Below, in pieces: positions 23,071-35,543 of a DNA stretch of 62,640 nucleotides. The stretch spans positions 10,010,512 through 10,073,151 of the forward strand of contig NC_057752.1 of assembly GCF_004010195.1 (NCBI RefSeq), read 5' to 3'. Position numbers and translations under genes: made by a program. How positions within the stretch are numbered: the first letter of the stretch is position 1; each line of letters starts with the position of its first letter. The notes below the pieces were generated by a model. The model did not search any database. It saw nothing but the letters and a program-made list of their open reading frames with translations, and had not been told where the DNA came from. The DNA is from Chiloscyllium plagiosum (Eukaryota).

Positions 23071-24426
23071 ATAAAATCACACAAGACAACAATCAGATCA
23101 CAACGAGAAAACTGTGAACAGATATGGAGGGGTTTCTTATGAGGAGAGGTTGTGTAGGCTGGGCTTGTGTTTATTGGAAGAATGAGAGAAGATCTTATTG
23201 AAATGCATGCGATACTTGGCATGGTAAGTATTGAGAAGTGATTTCCCCTTATGGGAGAGTCGCGGACCATCGGGCATAATCTCAGAATAAGAGGTCATAC
23301 ATTGAGGACAGAGATGAAAAAAGTGTCTCGAGAAAAGCAATCAATAAATGGTCATGTTCTCCCTCAACTGCTTTGTCTCTGCATTTTTTCAAAGAGAAAT
23401 CTGCTATTTTCTGATATATGTACTTCCTTAGTAACTTACTGTTCCTTCAGAATCTTTCATTGATTGATATTTCTTGTTGAGATTAAAACAGGAAAGCACA
23501 TAAGAAAGCATTTACAGTAAACAGCAATCCACAGGAGACAGGATATGGAACAAAATGCCAAGTCCACAATAGTCGTTACAAGTTGATAGAAAGGTTGTTC
23601 CATTACTAACCTAAAAGCTCAGCAAGTCCATTTTCCCAAGTCTTGCTTTCTTATTTAAGGTTATCAACATCCTGTTTTTTTGGCCTAACGCCCATAAATT
23701 GTTTTGGGATGGGTCAGGGTTCTAGTTTTAACTTGCAACAAGACAGAATCCTTTCTTTGCCTTTGTGTGTATGCCTCCACGTGCCTCCATCTCCTTTTTT
23801 GCCTTCCCTGTGTTTCTGCCTCTGATCAGCTGTTCCATCCACTCCTTGGAGCTGATTATTTGGTCCCATCACAGTGCTTCGACAGTACATTGCAAACATG
23901 TATGTCCCAGATGCAATTCAATACAAAGAAATGCGCAAATTGCGTTTTCGAAAAAAATAACAGTGAAAGGAAGTAAATCCCAAACAGACTTTTGACAGAA
24001 TGTGACAAAAGAAACATGAAGGTATATGAATCTACAAATACTAATGCAATTAAATCATTTATCACATTGTATTAAATATTTTTGTCTGCAATGGATTTTC
24101 TACACATGAATACATTCCAATGTACTGTTTCACATATTAAGCTTTTTAATTTCCACTCCTATCATACATGAACTTCCACAATTAAATAAGATCTTCCAAA
24201 TGCAAGTTCATGTCATTTTTTCTGTTATACTACATTTCTTTATAATTTACCTCTTGTACTTTATTTATACTGTATATTTATCTCTCAGTTTTTCACAAAC
24301 ATTCCTATTCATAAAAACAGTAACAATTGTGCATACTCCATTGCAACACACAATTGTCCTGTATTAAACATAGCCTCCAGTTTCCTTGAAGCAACATGAT
24401 GAGAAATCAGTTTTATCAAATGCATA

Positions 24427-24533
24427 TAGGGCGACCCCCATATCCCACGGTTTAATTTACCCACGGTTTATCGCGGCTCGAACATATCATAGGAAACGTT
24501 CTAGAACCAGGGACCAAGAGGCTGCCAGGAATT
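24427..24533 (-). mobile_element. Tigger/MER2-like MITE end fragment
   Basis: It is the reverse-complement homolog of the right part of the MITE at 29576-29796 and is preceded by TA. Confidence 0.65.
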
Positions 24534-25371
24534 TCATCTGAGATAAGAACCTATACACTTTTACGGTAGTAATTAATGCACATTCTGAAAGGGCAGTGGA
24601 TACAGATTAAGTAACAATTTTCAAAGGGGAAATGGGTATGTCCGTGAAGGGGAAATGCTTGGCTGACTATGGAAAAAGTTCAAAGTAATTGAATAGTTTC
24701 TTCAAAAGCCAGTACAGGTACAACTGGCCAAATGGTTGTGTGTCATTTTGTGATTCTATGAATCTCCTTCTCTCCTTGCAAAAAGTCTTGGAAAATCTAA
24801 TTTTTGGTATCAATAGAGTATACACCTGGAATGCCATAGAGTGTATCACATTTCCACACCATTTAATTAGATCTCCCCACTTGCCATCTACTGACTTATA
24901 AAATATATGCCGAGAATTTTAACAGGAGATCTCCAGAAATTTGTTCAAAGTTTCTATCAGTTATAGAGGGTGATTAGTAGAATCCAGTGGAAATGCTTCC
25001 ATTGTTTCTAATAGAACTTTCTGACATTACAGGTTTCACAATAATATGATTAAGCCTTGATATGAGTTTGCATTTTTGAGATTCTTCATTAGCCTTGTCG
25101 TTTAAAGGCGTCAGTCTCAAAACCTCAGAGGTATTACTTTGTACCTGGATATCCCAGTCAGAGCATGTGCAGTACTTCTCAGCATGTACAACACATTTTG
25201 CTTTCAACTAGCAGAGTTGGTAAAGGGGAACACTAATAGTCTTGTCCCAAGATGCCAACTAAAAAACAATTTGCTTCATTGTTTCTCAGTAAAATCCCTA
25301 GTGACCTCTTTGAAGAAGATTTAAGCAGCCTTCCCCATTTCCGCAGCTTAGTATCCATATGAAAACAGCAT

Positions 25372-25960
25372 CTATACCACTTATGCTCACATCCAAATCA
25401 TTTATATGAATGATGGAAAGTAGTGGACCCAACACCGATCCTTGTGGCACTCCTCTGGTCACTGGCCTCCAGTCTGAAAAACAACCCTCCACCACCACCC
25501 TCTGCCTTCTACCTTTGAGCCAGTTCTGTATCCAAATGGCTAGTTCTCCCTGTATTCCGTGAGATCTAACCTTGCTAACCAGTCTCCCATGGGGAACCTT
25601 GTCGAACACCTTACTGAAGTCCATATAGATCACATTGACCAATCTGCCCTCATCAATCCTCTTTGTTACTTCTTCAAAAAACTCAATCAAGTTTGTGAGA
25701 AGTGATTTCCCACACACAAAGCCATGTTGACTATCCCTAATCAGTCCTTGCCTTTCCAGATACATGGACATCCTGTCCTTCAGGATTCCCTCCAACAACT
25801 TGCCCACCACCGACGTCAGGCTCACTGGTTTATAGTTCCCTGGCTTGTCCTTATCACCTTTCTTAGACAGTGGCACCACATTAGACAACCTGCAGTGTTT
25901 GGGCGCCTCATCTGTGACTATCGATAATACAAATATTCTCAGTAAGAGGCCCAGCAATCG
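25372..25960 (-). mobile_element. CR1 RT fragment
   Basis: ORF 25298-25957 contains [26 protein letters not shown] and [10 protein letters not shown]. Confidence 0.92.
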
Positions 25961-25974
25961 GTTCCCTATGTTCC

Positions 25975-26122
25975 CACCAGGTTACAGTCCAACAGGTCAC
26001 CTGGAAGCACCAGCCCTTGGAGCGCCATTCCCACATCTCCCTGATGAAGGAGCGGTGCTCCGGAAGCTAGTGCCTCCAAACAAACCTGTTGGACTATAAC
26101 CCGGTGCTGTGCGATTTTTCAA
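25975..26122. mobile_element. Penelope pLTR fold-back with a decayed hammerhead
   Basis: GGTTACAGTCCAACAGG is inverted relative to CCTGTTGGACTATAACC. CTGATGAAGGAGCGGTGCTCCGGAAGCTA lies at 26041 (GAAA changed to GGAA). Confidence 0.75.
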
Positions 26123-26399
26123 CCTAGTTTCACAGTTTTACATATATTCATACAGTTTTTGAGAAAAGTAAAATATAATTCTGCAAAAACAAATTCACCC
26201 CATAAGCTTATATGTGTGTGCATGTTGGAGCAACAGATTGAGTGTGAGTGTGACTGTGAGTGTGAGTGTGTGTGTGGGTGCATGTGATAGAGTATGTGTG
26301 TAAGCTTGGTTCAGCGTGTGTGGGAGTGTGATGGGGTATTGTGAGAGGGTGTGTGTGTAGGTGTGAGTGGGAGGGGTATACCTGTATGCATATGAGAGA

Positions 26400-27162
26400 G
26401 AAAGATTGAGTGCTTCGCGGCATGGTGTAAAGATAACAATCTCTCCATCAATGTTAGCAAAATGAAGGACCTGATCATTGACTTCAATAAGTGGAGAAAA
26501 GGACATGCCCTGCCTGCATCAATGGTGCTGAGATGGAGATGGTCGAGAGTGTCAAGTTCCTGGAATGATGATGACCAACAATCCGTCAACATGATGGCCA
26601 AGAATGCACAAGAACAGCTCTAATTCCTCAGGAGGCTAAGGAAATTTGGCATGTCCACAAAGACTCTTATCAATTTGTATAGATGCACCATAGAAAGCAT
26701 CCTATCTGGATGCACCACAGTGTGGTATGCAACCACTCTTCCCAAGACCACAAGAAACTACAGATAGACGTGAACACAGCCAGTCCATCATGCATACCAG
26801 CCTTCCATACATTGACTCCATCTAGACTTCTTGTGGCCTCAGGAAAGCAGCCAACATCATCAAAAACCCCTCCCACTCCAGTTATACTCTCTTCCACCTT
26901 CTTCCATTGGGCAGAAGATATCAAAGTTTGAATATACGCATGAACTGATTCAAGAACAGCTTCATCCTCACTGTTATCAGACTTTTCAACAGGTCTCTCA
27001 AATGTTAATTCTGATCTCTCTCTCTACACCTTCTCTGCAGCTGTAACACTAAATTCTGCACTCTGTTCTGCTACCCTGATGCACTCTGTATGATATGATC
27101 TGCCTATGTAGCACACAACACTTTTCACTGTATCTCGGTACATGTGACAACAATAAATCAAA
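26400..27162 (+). mobile_element. Rex1/Babar LINE 3' fragment
   Basis: It is homologous to 42780-43530 (WCKDNNLSINVSK.K.LIIDF, FLRRLRKFGMS..TL.NLYRCTIESIL) and has the same 3' end GTGACAA.AATAAATCAA. Confidence 0.8.
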
Positions 27163-29575
27163 CAAGCATCAAGCATTATGGTATGCCCTCTCTTGGTAGA
27201 CGGCTCGATAATGCTGAAGACCCTGGTTCTCCTCTTCATGCACTGCTTGCTTGTTCATAGCTGCAGTGCCCTGAGCCACATGCCTCTGGTTCTGATTATG
27301 TTGCCCATTCCTCTTATCTTCCTCCACTTTCTTCTTAACCTTAATAAAGTTAATACAGCTGCTGGGTTAAATTGGTCAAATATCTGGCATGAAAGTACTG
27401 ATCTGTAAATAAATATCAGAAGTGTCAGAATTTCCATTTGAACTCTTGACATAGGGGTCCAAAGGATATATTCACTATCAGGTTGCTCATGTCTTGGGTG
27501 AAAGCCTAGCTTACATATGGTGAGGTACATCTTGCCAGTGTTTGCATTCTATATCCGTCTGCTTCATCTGGCCCTATTATCATGTTCTTTTATTTCTTTT
27601 GTTCCTTGTGTTTATCTGGCATCCTTGAATGTGTCTACATACTGTTTGCCTCAATCACTCCCTGTGGTAATGGGTTCTACCGCTGTCCATGTGAAGCATC
27701 TTCTCCTGAATTCCCTATTGGATTTATTAGTGACTATCTTATATGGATGCACCCTGGCTATGGTATCCCCCTCCAAATGAAAATGCCTTCTCTTCTGCCA
27801 TGTAAGTGTCCACCTAGGGAAAGGGGAATCACTGAAATAACAAGTTTTCAATTGATGGAAAAAAGGATAGGATTGTGAATATCTCCTCTCACATTAAAGA
27901 GCTTTATTTCTTTCTCAAGTCTTCACTCATACTCTCATTTAGCCACTGAGTCATGTTGGGTTACAATTCCATGGGAACCAGTAGCACCTCGTGCTTGTAA
28001 GATATTTTATCACAGGAGTAATCACAACTGAGACCAATCGTCTTCACAGCTTAGGGGACCTGTGAGAAAGTATAAAATCCATTGATATCTTAGTTGAGAC
28101 CAACTAACTAAATACAGCCCAAGGATCCAACAAGAGGTTGTGAATTTAATGCCAGACCACACAGTATGTTTATCTACTAGATTTTAAGGGCATTAATAAA
28201 TTGAAGAGTTATAAACTATTTTCATTTTGAAAAATATCCAACCCAATTTCCCAGTGTTTTAAAAGGAACAACTTCCTCTATCAGTTTATTTCTTGGTTTT
28301 ATCCAGTATACAATTAGCGAGTTAATGGTTACTTGGCTCATATTGGAAATTAATTATGCTAACTTTTCAAAGAAAAAGCCAAACAAGACATCCATTATCT
28401 TACTACACCTTCTTCACCCAGACATTTGATTACATAATCTTAGCTCCCATATTTTCCTGTTTACAGCAAAATCTCCCCTCGTATTCCTTCCTCCCTGCAA
28501 CGCACACCAATAAATGTCAGAGTTCACAATGAAACGGTCATTGTTTGGAGAGCTTCTTTTACTGTTGGAGTAAATTGTTGGGCACAGTGCAAGGAACATT
28601 TATCCAGGTCAGTGACAATTTTCTTACTATCTGTAACAATTTAAGAGATGAATATTCTACATTATGGGGATTATAATGAGATATGTTCTGTATGATTTTC
28701 TTCACATTGCACAATGTAATGATCTCCATAACAGAAAAGGTACATTATTAACCTTTTGAAGGAACTCAGTACAACACAATAACAAAGTGAAGTCTTTGGT
28801 AGAAAGAGATAGAGGGAGATATTTGAGTCACTGATTAATTTAAAGAGAACCTGACGACATTGAAACTGTGTATTTGTCATGATGTTCTGCTTTTCTCCTG
28901 TAGTTTTAATTCAAACTGAAGTTCAATTCAAAATTGATTTAATTAAAACCCTTACAGCATGAAATAAAAACCTGCCTGATTACTTCATTCATTTTGCTTC
29001 TGAGTCCATTTTGAATCCAGTTCTGAAAGATTTTGTCAACTCCAGTGGTAAATTTCTATGCATGATTCTCCACACAGCAGCCATCTCCCATTCTCAATTG
29101 TGATTTATACTCTTGTTGAGGTGTTTCCAGAGCTCTTATGTTGAAGTGACAGGAGACGTTCAGGAGATCAATCTCCATCCCCCACCACCACCATCACCAC
29201 CACCCACTAGCAGAAGCTCACCCTTTTTAATCACTCCTCTCTTTCTCTCCTTAATGCTTTGACCTCAATGTTGAGGTACAGTTTAACAGATAAGTCATCT
29301 TCTGGTCCCGCGATCAAGTGGAAGATTTTCATTTGTGAGTCTAAACAGTAGGTTTCAGCAGGCTATTCCACAATCAAGGCCATCACAATTGTGCCTGATC
29401 CAGTCTCCAACAAATATTCACACATTTGGTCTTTCCAGTAAGGAGTCACTTGATCATCATTAGTACTTGTTGTACAAGCCTGGTTAAGGTTTGTCCTTCC
29501 CTATCCAACTGTGCTCAAGCCAATTGTGGCAAATTTTCTAAGACTTAGATCACCTAGCTCAGCACAGCCCAGGTA

Positions 29576-29796
29576 CAATAGTCCCTCTGTACCCTTGGGG
29601 GATATGTTCCACAACTAACCGGGGAAGCCCGAAATCACGGATAGAAGTGAACCCATTCATTTCAATGGATGATTTACCTTCCTGGCAGCCTTCTGGTCCC
29701 TGGTTCCAGAAGGTTCCCTGTAGTATGTTCTGGCCACAGTAAACCCGGTTAACTGAAACCGCGGAAAACGATTCCATGGAAACGGGGGTTGCCCTG
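29576..29796 (+). mobile_element. Tigger/MER2-like MITE (Tc1/mariner superfamily)
   Basis: TA lies at 29574-29575 and 29797-29798. The left end CAATAGTCCCTCTGTACCCTTGGGGGATATGTTCCA resembles MER2, and the right end CCATGGAAACGGGGGTTGCCCTG is an imperfect inverse. Confidence 0.75.
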
Positions 29797-30319
29797 TACT
29801 GTCCAATCCGTACATCTGTGGGTAGTATGCCTTTTGGAGGAGCTTACCCAAAAAGCATGAACTGCTTGCAAACCTGTCCTAATATTACTGTCAATCCCAC
29901 CTTTTCATACAGTATCTGTGCTCAGACCAATTGTGGCAAATTTTCTAAGACTTAGATCACCTAGCTCAGCACAGACCAGGTACAGTGGTCCCTTCGTACC
30001 CATGGGGGATATGTTCCACGACTAACCGCAGAACTAACTTCTGACTCCATTGAGAGAAAGGAAATTTCACTCAATACCCTTAACTGAGTATATATTGCTC
30101 TCTATGTAAAGTCGAAGTATAGTTATTTAATCAGACTTTCACTCCAAGTTGTGAGAGATGTTCATAAACTAATATATCTTTACAAATGGGAAAAAAAAAT
30201 AGCAAAAAAGCTTATCCCACTTCAGTCTTAGATTGGAGTCACTCACTTCCTTTCAGTAGAAAGTCAAAGGAAAAGTAATTCTTGGATTTCAAATTGCAAA
30301 ATACAACAGTTGTTAAAAA

Positions 30320-30485
30320 AATCAGAAATAAAAACAGAAAGTGCTGGGAATACTCAGCAAGTGTGGATGCATCTATGGAGAGCAAAACAACATGAAAGTT
30401 AGAAAGTTCATCGACTTGAAAACATTTCCTCTGTTTTTCTCTCCATAGATGCTGCCTGACCTGGTGAGTATTTCCAGCAATTTGG
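30320..30485. mobile_element. Old Penelope-type pLTR fold-back (a related fragment lies at about 14625-14765)
   Basis: TGCTGGGAATACTCAGCAAG..GCATCTATGGAGAG is inverted relative to CTCTCCATAGATGC..CTGGTGAGTATTTCCAGCA. Confidence 0.6.
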
Positions 30486-30939
30486 TTGGGGTGGATGAAT
30501 TCACAAGACCGGTCCTGAGTTTTTGAGTTGAACTAGATAACTGCCTTTTTAGTTTAATATTTTGATTTCCTGGCCAAAATCATTATGAAGTGTTTTTGGT
30601 GATTTTTATTTTCTGTCTCTCAATTACACAGATGTGATGACATAGTTAACTTGCAAAGCATTTCAGTGTTTCACACAATAAACCCCGTTGTGTTCCTAGA
30701 TTCTCTGCTATCTTCCTTCACTAAGCCCAAAGCAGTGGTATCTTTTATTCCCTCAAGTGTTTTCCCCCTCTTCTGAAGATGTTGACTCTTGATAACTTAT
30801 AGTTTGATGGGAGCTCATCATTGTGTGCTGCTTTTCTGATGAGATGTTGAACTGAGGTCTGGTCTTCCCTCTCAGGTGGATGCAAAAAGTCCCATGGAAC
30901 TGCTTTCAAAAAGAAACAGTAATGGCCTGTTGACCCTGA

Positions 30940-33053
30940 AAAGTCCTATTTACTAAGAGCTGAGGGTTTGTGCCAAAGTTGGGAGAGCTGTCTCACAGAC
31001 TAGTCAAGAAACAGCCTGACATTGTCTGTAGGGCATGATCTCATGAGTATGACTATGCCCCAGACACCACCATCCCGGGTGTACCCTACTGACCAGAAAG
31101 TCAGACCCATCAAAGATGGTGGCACTATGGCATACAGTCAGAAGGGAATTGCCCTGGGAGTCTTCAATCTTGACTCCAGACACCATAAAGTCTCATAGCA
31201 ACAGGTCAAACGTAGATACAGAAATCTCCTGCTAATTACTACCTGTCACGCCTCTCAGAGCTAATGATTCAGTACTCTTCAATGTTGAAGGTCACTTTGA
31301 AGATATTCTCAGGATGGCAAGGTAAATACACCCTGAGGAGAGGACTTTCACAGCCATGACCAAGATTGGCCTCAGTAGCACTACTACTGACTGAGAACTA
31401 AAGGACATAACTAGTAAACTGGGCCTGCCACAGCTGACAGACAAAGAAAAAAACCTACTTGACCCCATCCGCACCAGCCTACCTGCTGCAGATGCATCTG
31501 TCCATGACAGTATTAGTAGTAGTGACAACTTCGCAAGCCTGTCTTCACTTTGAGGGTACCTTCCATCATGTTGTGTGGTATTACCATCTTGCGAAATGGG
31601 ATAGATTTCAAATAGGGGCTGTGGGCCATCAGTCGTAGCCAAATTGTATTCAACCACAATCTGTAATCTCATGGCTCAGCCTATTTCCCACTCTATCGTT
31701 ACCATCAAACCAAGGTGGGGGGGGGGGGGGTCAATACTGATTCAATGAAGAGAATCAACTTATCCCACAATCAACTTATCATATGGAACCCCTACAATTC
31801 TATGTCCTATCACATCCAGTCATGAACAGTGATGGACAAATAAACAAGTAATAGGAAGAGGAGTTTCCATAAATATCCCCATCCTCAATGATAGGGGAAC
31901 CCAGCACATCAGTGCAAAAAGTAATGCTGAAGCATTTGCAACCACTTCTGCCCAGAAGTACCAAGTGATTGGTCCTTCTCAGCCTCTTCCTGAGATGTCC
32001 AGCATTATGGGGAGATGATAGTGTAGTGGTAATAATCACATGTCTCGTAACCCAGAAGCTCAGGTTAATGCTTTGGTGAGGACTGCAGATGCTGGAGATC
32101 AGAGCCCTTCGTCAGGTTCCCGAAACGCTGATTTTCCTGCTCTTCGGATGCTGTCTGACCTGCTGTGCTTTTCCAGCACCACACTCTCAACTCTGATGCT
32201 TTAGTGACACGGGCTCAGATCTTTCCATGGTGGTTGGTGGAATTTAAATTCAATTAATAAATATGGAATTGTGAGTGATTTGTTTGTGGTTTTATTTTAA
32301 TTTTATCTGGAATAATAGAATGTCTCTTGATGGTGACCATGAAAGTATCATTGATTGTTGAAAAACCCCATCTAGTTGACTAATGCTTTGAGGGAAAGAA
32401 ACTAGCAATTTTTATTTGGTGTGACCTACATGTCACTTCAGACCCATAGCTATGTGGTTGACTCTTTAGTGCCATCACAAATAGCCTAGTAAATCATTCA
32501 GTTCATGAGCATTTAAGGTCAGGCAACACATGCCAACCTTGCCAGTGACATGTATCCCTTGCTAGACTAAGAAAAAAATGTATATCTCCATTCACAATGA
32601 TGAGGGAGCCAGCACATCAGTGCAAAAGACAAGGCTGAAGAGTTGCATCCATCTTCAGACAGTGGTGCCAAGTGGATGATCAATCTTGGCTTTCTTCTGA
32701 GGTCCCCAGCTCCACAGATGTACTGCAGAAACTTGCCAAGGCTCCTTAGACAGCAGCTTCCAAAGCTGCAGCTTCTGCAACTTCGAAAGATGAGCAGCAG
32801 ATGTGTAGGAACACCACCACGTGCAAGCTCCCTTCCAAGCCATGCACCATCCTCACTTTGAACTGTATCACTGTTCCTTCGCTGTCATTAGGTCACCGTT
32901 CTGGAACTCCTTTCTTAATAACACTGTGGATGTAGCAGCACCACATGGACTGTAGCAATTCAGGAAGGTAGCTCGCCATCAATTTCTCAAGGGCAATTAG
33001 GGATGAGCAATAATGAGCAGTGGCATCTTACCCTATGAAAGAGTAATAGAAAT
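30940..33053 (+). mobile_element. Internally deleted copy of the same LINE family as 9638-12968
   Basis: Shared blocks are GGAGAG.TGTCTCACA.ACTAGTCAA, AGATGCATCTGTCCATGACA and ATCCCCATCCTCAATGAT, with the 3' end GGGCAATTAGGGATGAGCAATAA. Confidence 0.8.
32010..32578 (+). mobile_element. tRNA-derived SINE sharing its 3' tail with the APE-RT LINE; contains a small Penelope insert at 32080-32195 (second copy on the minus strand at about 34150-34645)
   Basis: It has an A-box-like TAGTGTAGTGG and a tail similar to the LINE 3' end. The insert TSD ATGCTTT(G/A)GTGA lies at 32068-32079 and 32196-32207. Confidence 0.6.
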
Positions 33054-34502
33054 ATTGGTCAATATTTATCCCTCAACCAATATCTAAAACATGATGTGGA
33101 GATGCCGGAGTTGGACTGGGGTGGACAAGGTCAAAAATCAAACTACACCCGGTTATAGCCTCACAGGTTAATTTGAAATTGCAAACTTTCAGAGCTCAGC
33201 TCCTTCCTTCGACGTGGTATGATAGAGAGGCATAGGGCACAATATTTATCAGCAGAAAGTTCACAACTTTAAAACCAGTTACCTTTGTTGAATCCTTTAA
33301 TTAGTTAGGAGATAGACTGCTGATAAAAATGCAAAATCCAGATTCATTTCTAGTCTTTATCCCTAGATAATTAAGGGTTTTATCAACGTACAAGAGGTGA
33401 CATACAATGCACTTTTGGTGTGAGGTCCCGCTTTGAGAGAGAGAGAGAGTATGTGTGTGTCCGTGTGCGTGTGCGTGTGTGCCCGTGAAAGACAGTGTGT
33501 GTGTGCACATGTGAGAGAGTGTGTTTGTCTCTGCATGTGAGAGAGAGAAAGTGTATTTGCGCATGTGAGAGAGAATGTATGTGCAAATGTGTGAGAGGGT
33601 GTGAGTGTGTGTGCATTTGAGACTCTGTTTGTGTGTGTGTGTGTATGTGCAATTGAGAGCATGTGTGTATGTGTATTTGAGAGAGTGTGTGTGTGTGCGC
33701 ACTTGAGAGAGTATTTGTGTCTCCGTGTGAGAGAGAGAAAGTGTGTGCACATGTGAGATACAATTTCTGTGTGCACATGTGTGAGAGAGTGTGAGTTTGT
33801 GTACATTTGAGAGAGAGAGTGTGTGTGCACTTGAGAGCTAAAAATCACACAACACCAGGTTATAGTCCAACAGGTTTAATTGGAAACACACTAACTTTCG
33901 GAGCGACGCTCCTTCATCAGGTGATTGTGGAGGGCTCGATCGTAACACAGAATTTATAGCAAAAATTTGCAGTGTGATGTAACTGAAATTATACATTGAA
34001 GAATTGATTGTCTGTTAAGCCTTTCATCTGTTAGAATACAGTGATAGTTTCACTTCTTTCATGTGTAAATCACAAAACCCTTTTTTTAAAAAGAAACATA
34101 TCTATTTCTTTCTTGTATCTGTTGGTTGAATCTCCCTCCTTTCTGCCTTACTTTCTATTCATCCATTAGATAAGGGTGTCACTGTCTAGGCCATTATTTA
34201 TTACTCATCCTTAGTTGCCCAGAGAACAGTTAAGAGTCAACCGCATTACTGCAGTCGCATGTAGTCCAGATCAGATAAGGACGGCAGTTTCTTTCATTAG
34301 TGAGCCAGTGCGATTTTGTTTTTTTTAATAAATTTTATTTTTGTTTCCTCCCTTTTTTTTCCCCCCCCAATAATCAGCAATAGTGTCATGGCCATCGCCG
34401 AACCTATTTCCAGATTTTTATTGAAATTCAAACTCTACCATCTATTATGGTGGGATTCCAACCCAGAGCCCCAAGGCATTACCAGGTTCTCTTGGATTAA
34501 TA

Positions 34503-34597
34503 CTGGAAATGTGTTGCTGGAAAAGCGCAGCAGGTCAGGCAGCATCCAGGGAACAGGAGAATCGACGTTTTGGGCATAAGCCCTTCTTCAGGAAGGG
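34503..34597 (-). mobile_element. Short Penelope pLTR insertion
   Basis: A 14-bp TSD CTCTTGGATTAATA lies at 34489-34502 and 34598-34611. The family is the same as 788-1309. Confidence 0.85.
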
Positions 34598-35508
34598 CTC
34601 TTGGATTAATAGTCCAGTGGTACTACCACTAGGCCACTGCCTTCACCTTCCCCCTCCTTAAGTAGAGCTCCTGGAGGCAAGAAAGCTAAGAGATCAGCAA
34701 TAGATATTTTACCCATAAACAAATTATATTCCTATATAAAATGTATATACCTATATAATTGACATATTGAATCATTAGGTGGTTGTTTGTGACCAGAGCA
34801 GATTTTTCGGTGTTGTAGACCTCATTGACTCTGAAGCATAAATGCTTCCAGTTCCTCTTTTGTTGCTGCTTTGATATGGTCCTTAAATATCTCTCTGACC
34901 TTATTTTTTTTCATTTTCCCTTGTTTTATTTGTTTCATCGCATTTTATGTCAGACTCTTGATCCCATCCATTGATGCTACTGTTATACATAAATCCCTGA
35001 TTTCCCCTGTTTTATATCCAATCCTGATCCTACTATCTGAATCCTACTCTGCTCCTGTTAAGACCATAAGAAATAGGAACGAGATTACACGATTTGGCCT
35101 CCTTGAGCCTGCTTCACCATTCAGTTGGATCACGCTAATCCAACTACCTCATGTCTACTTTCCTGCCTTTTCCCTGTAACTTGATTCCCCTACTGTCAAG
35201 AATTTATCTATCTCAGCCTTAAATGCACACAAAGAATTCCAAAGACACTCCACCTTCTGAGAGAAGAAGTTGTTCCTCATCTCAGTCTTATTTTTATGTT
35301 CCTTTATCCTGGACTATGCCCTCTGGTACTCGACTCTCCCATGTGGGGAAACGTTCTCTCAGCATTTACCCTGTCAAGCCCATTAAGAATCTGTGATGTT
35401 GTGATGAGATCACCTCTCATTCTTGTAACCTGCAGTGAGTAGATTTCAGTTACATCACACTGCAAATTTTTGCTATAAATTCTGTGTTATGATCGAACCC
35501 TCCACAAT

Positions 35509-35543
35509 CACCTGATGAAGGAGCGTCGCTCCGAAAGCTAGTG
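35509..35543 (+). ncRNA. Minimal type I hammerhead ribozyme motif (mirror copy on the minus strand at about 33888-33923)
   Basis: The sequence reads CAC-CTGATGA-A-GGAGC-GTC-GCTCC-GAAA-GCTA-GTG: stem I CAC/GTG, stem II GGAGC/GCTCC, a short self-complementary AGCT stem III region and a CUA triplet. Confidence 0.75.

Larger units (their letters stand above)
14230..23330 (+). mobile_element. Old CR1 LINE (plus), in pieces at about 14230-14885, 19083-20230, 20830-20920, 22262-22750 and 23075-23330
   Basis: Motifs include ORF1 VGTNNI, ORF2 AEKLNRYFASVF, KIASVTPLFK, QNQHGL, MFANDTKI and EYNVEKCEVMHF. The pieces are collinear across the insertions. Confidence 0.7.

Noticed and set aside
24974..25207. 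77-aa minus-strand ORF in unique sequence
   Set aside because: It has no recognisable domain, a non-ATG start and no supported splice structure.
27170..27415. Possible minus-strand terminal exon (acceptor TTTATTTACAG, then QYFHARYLTNLTQQLY*) with an AT-rich UTR-like region at 23330-25370
   Set aside because: I recognise no protein similarity and find no convincing upstream exons. It needs RNA-seq evidence.
33301..33848. His/Thr-rich ORFs (also 26195-26601 and 36360-36671)
   Set aside because: They are translations of (GT/GA)n microsatellite tracts.
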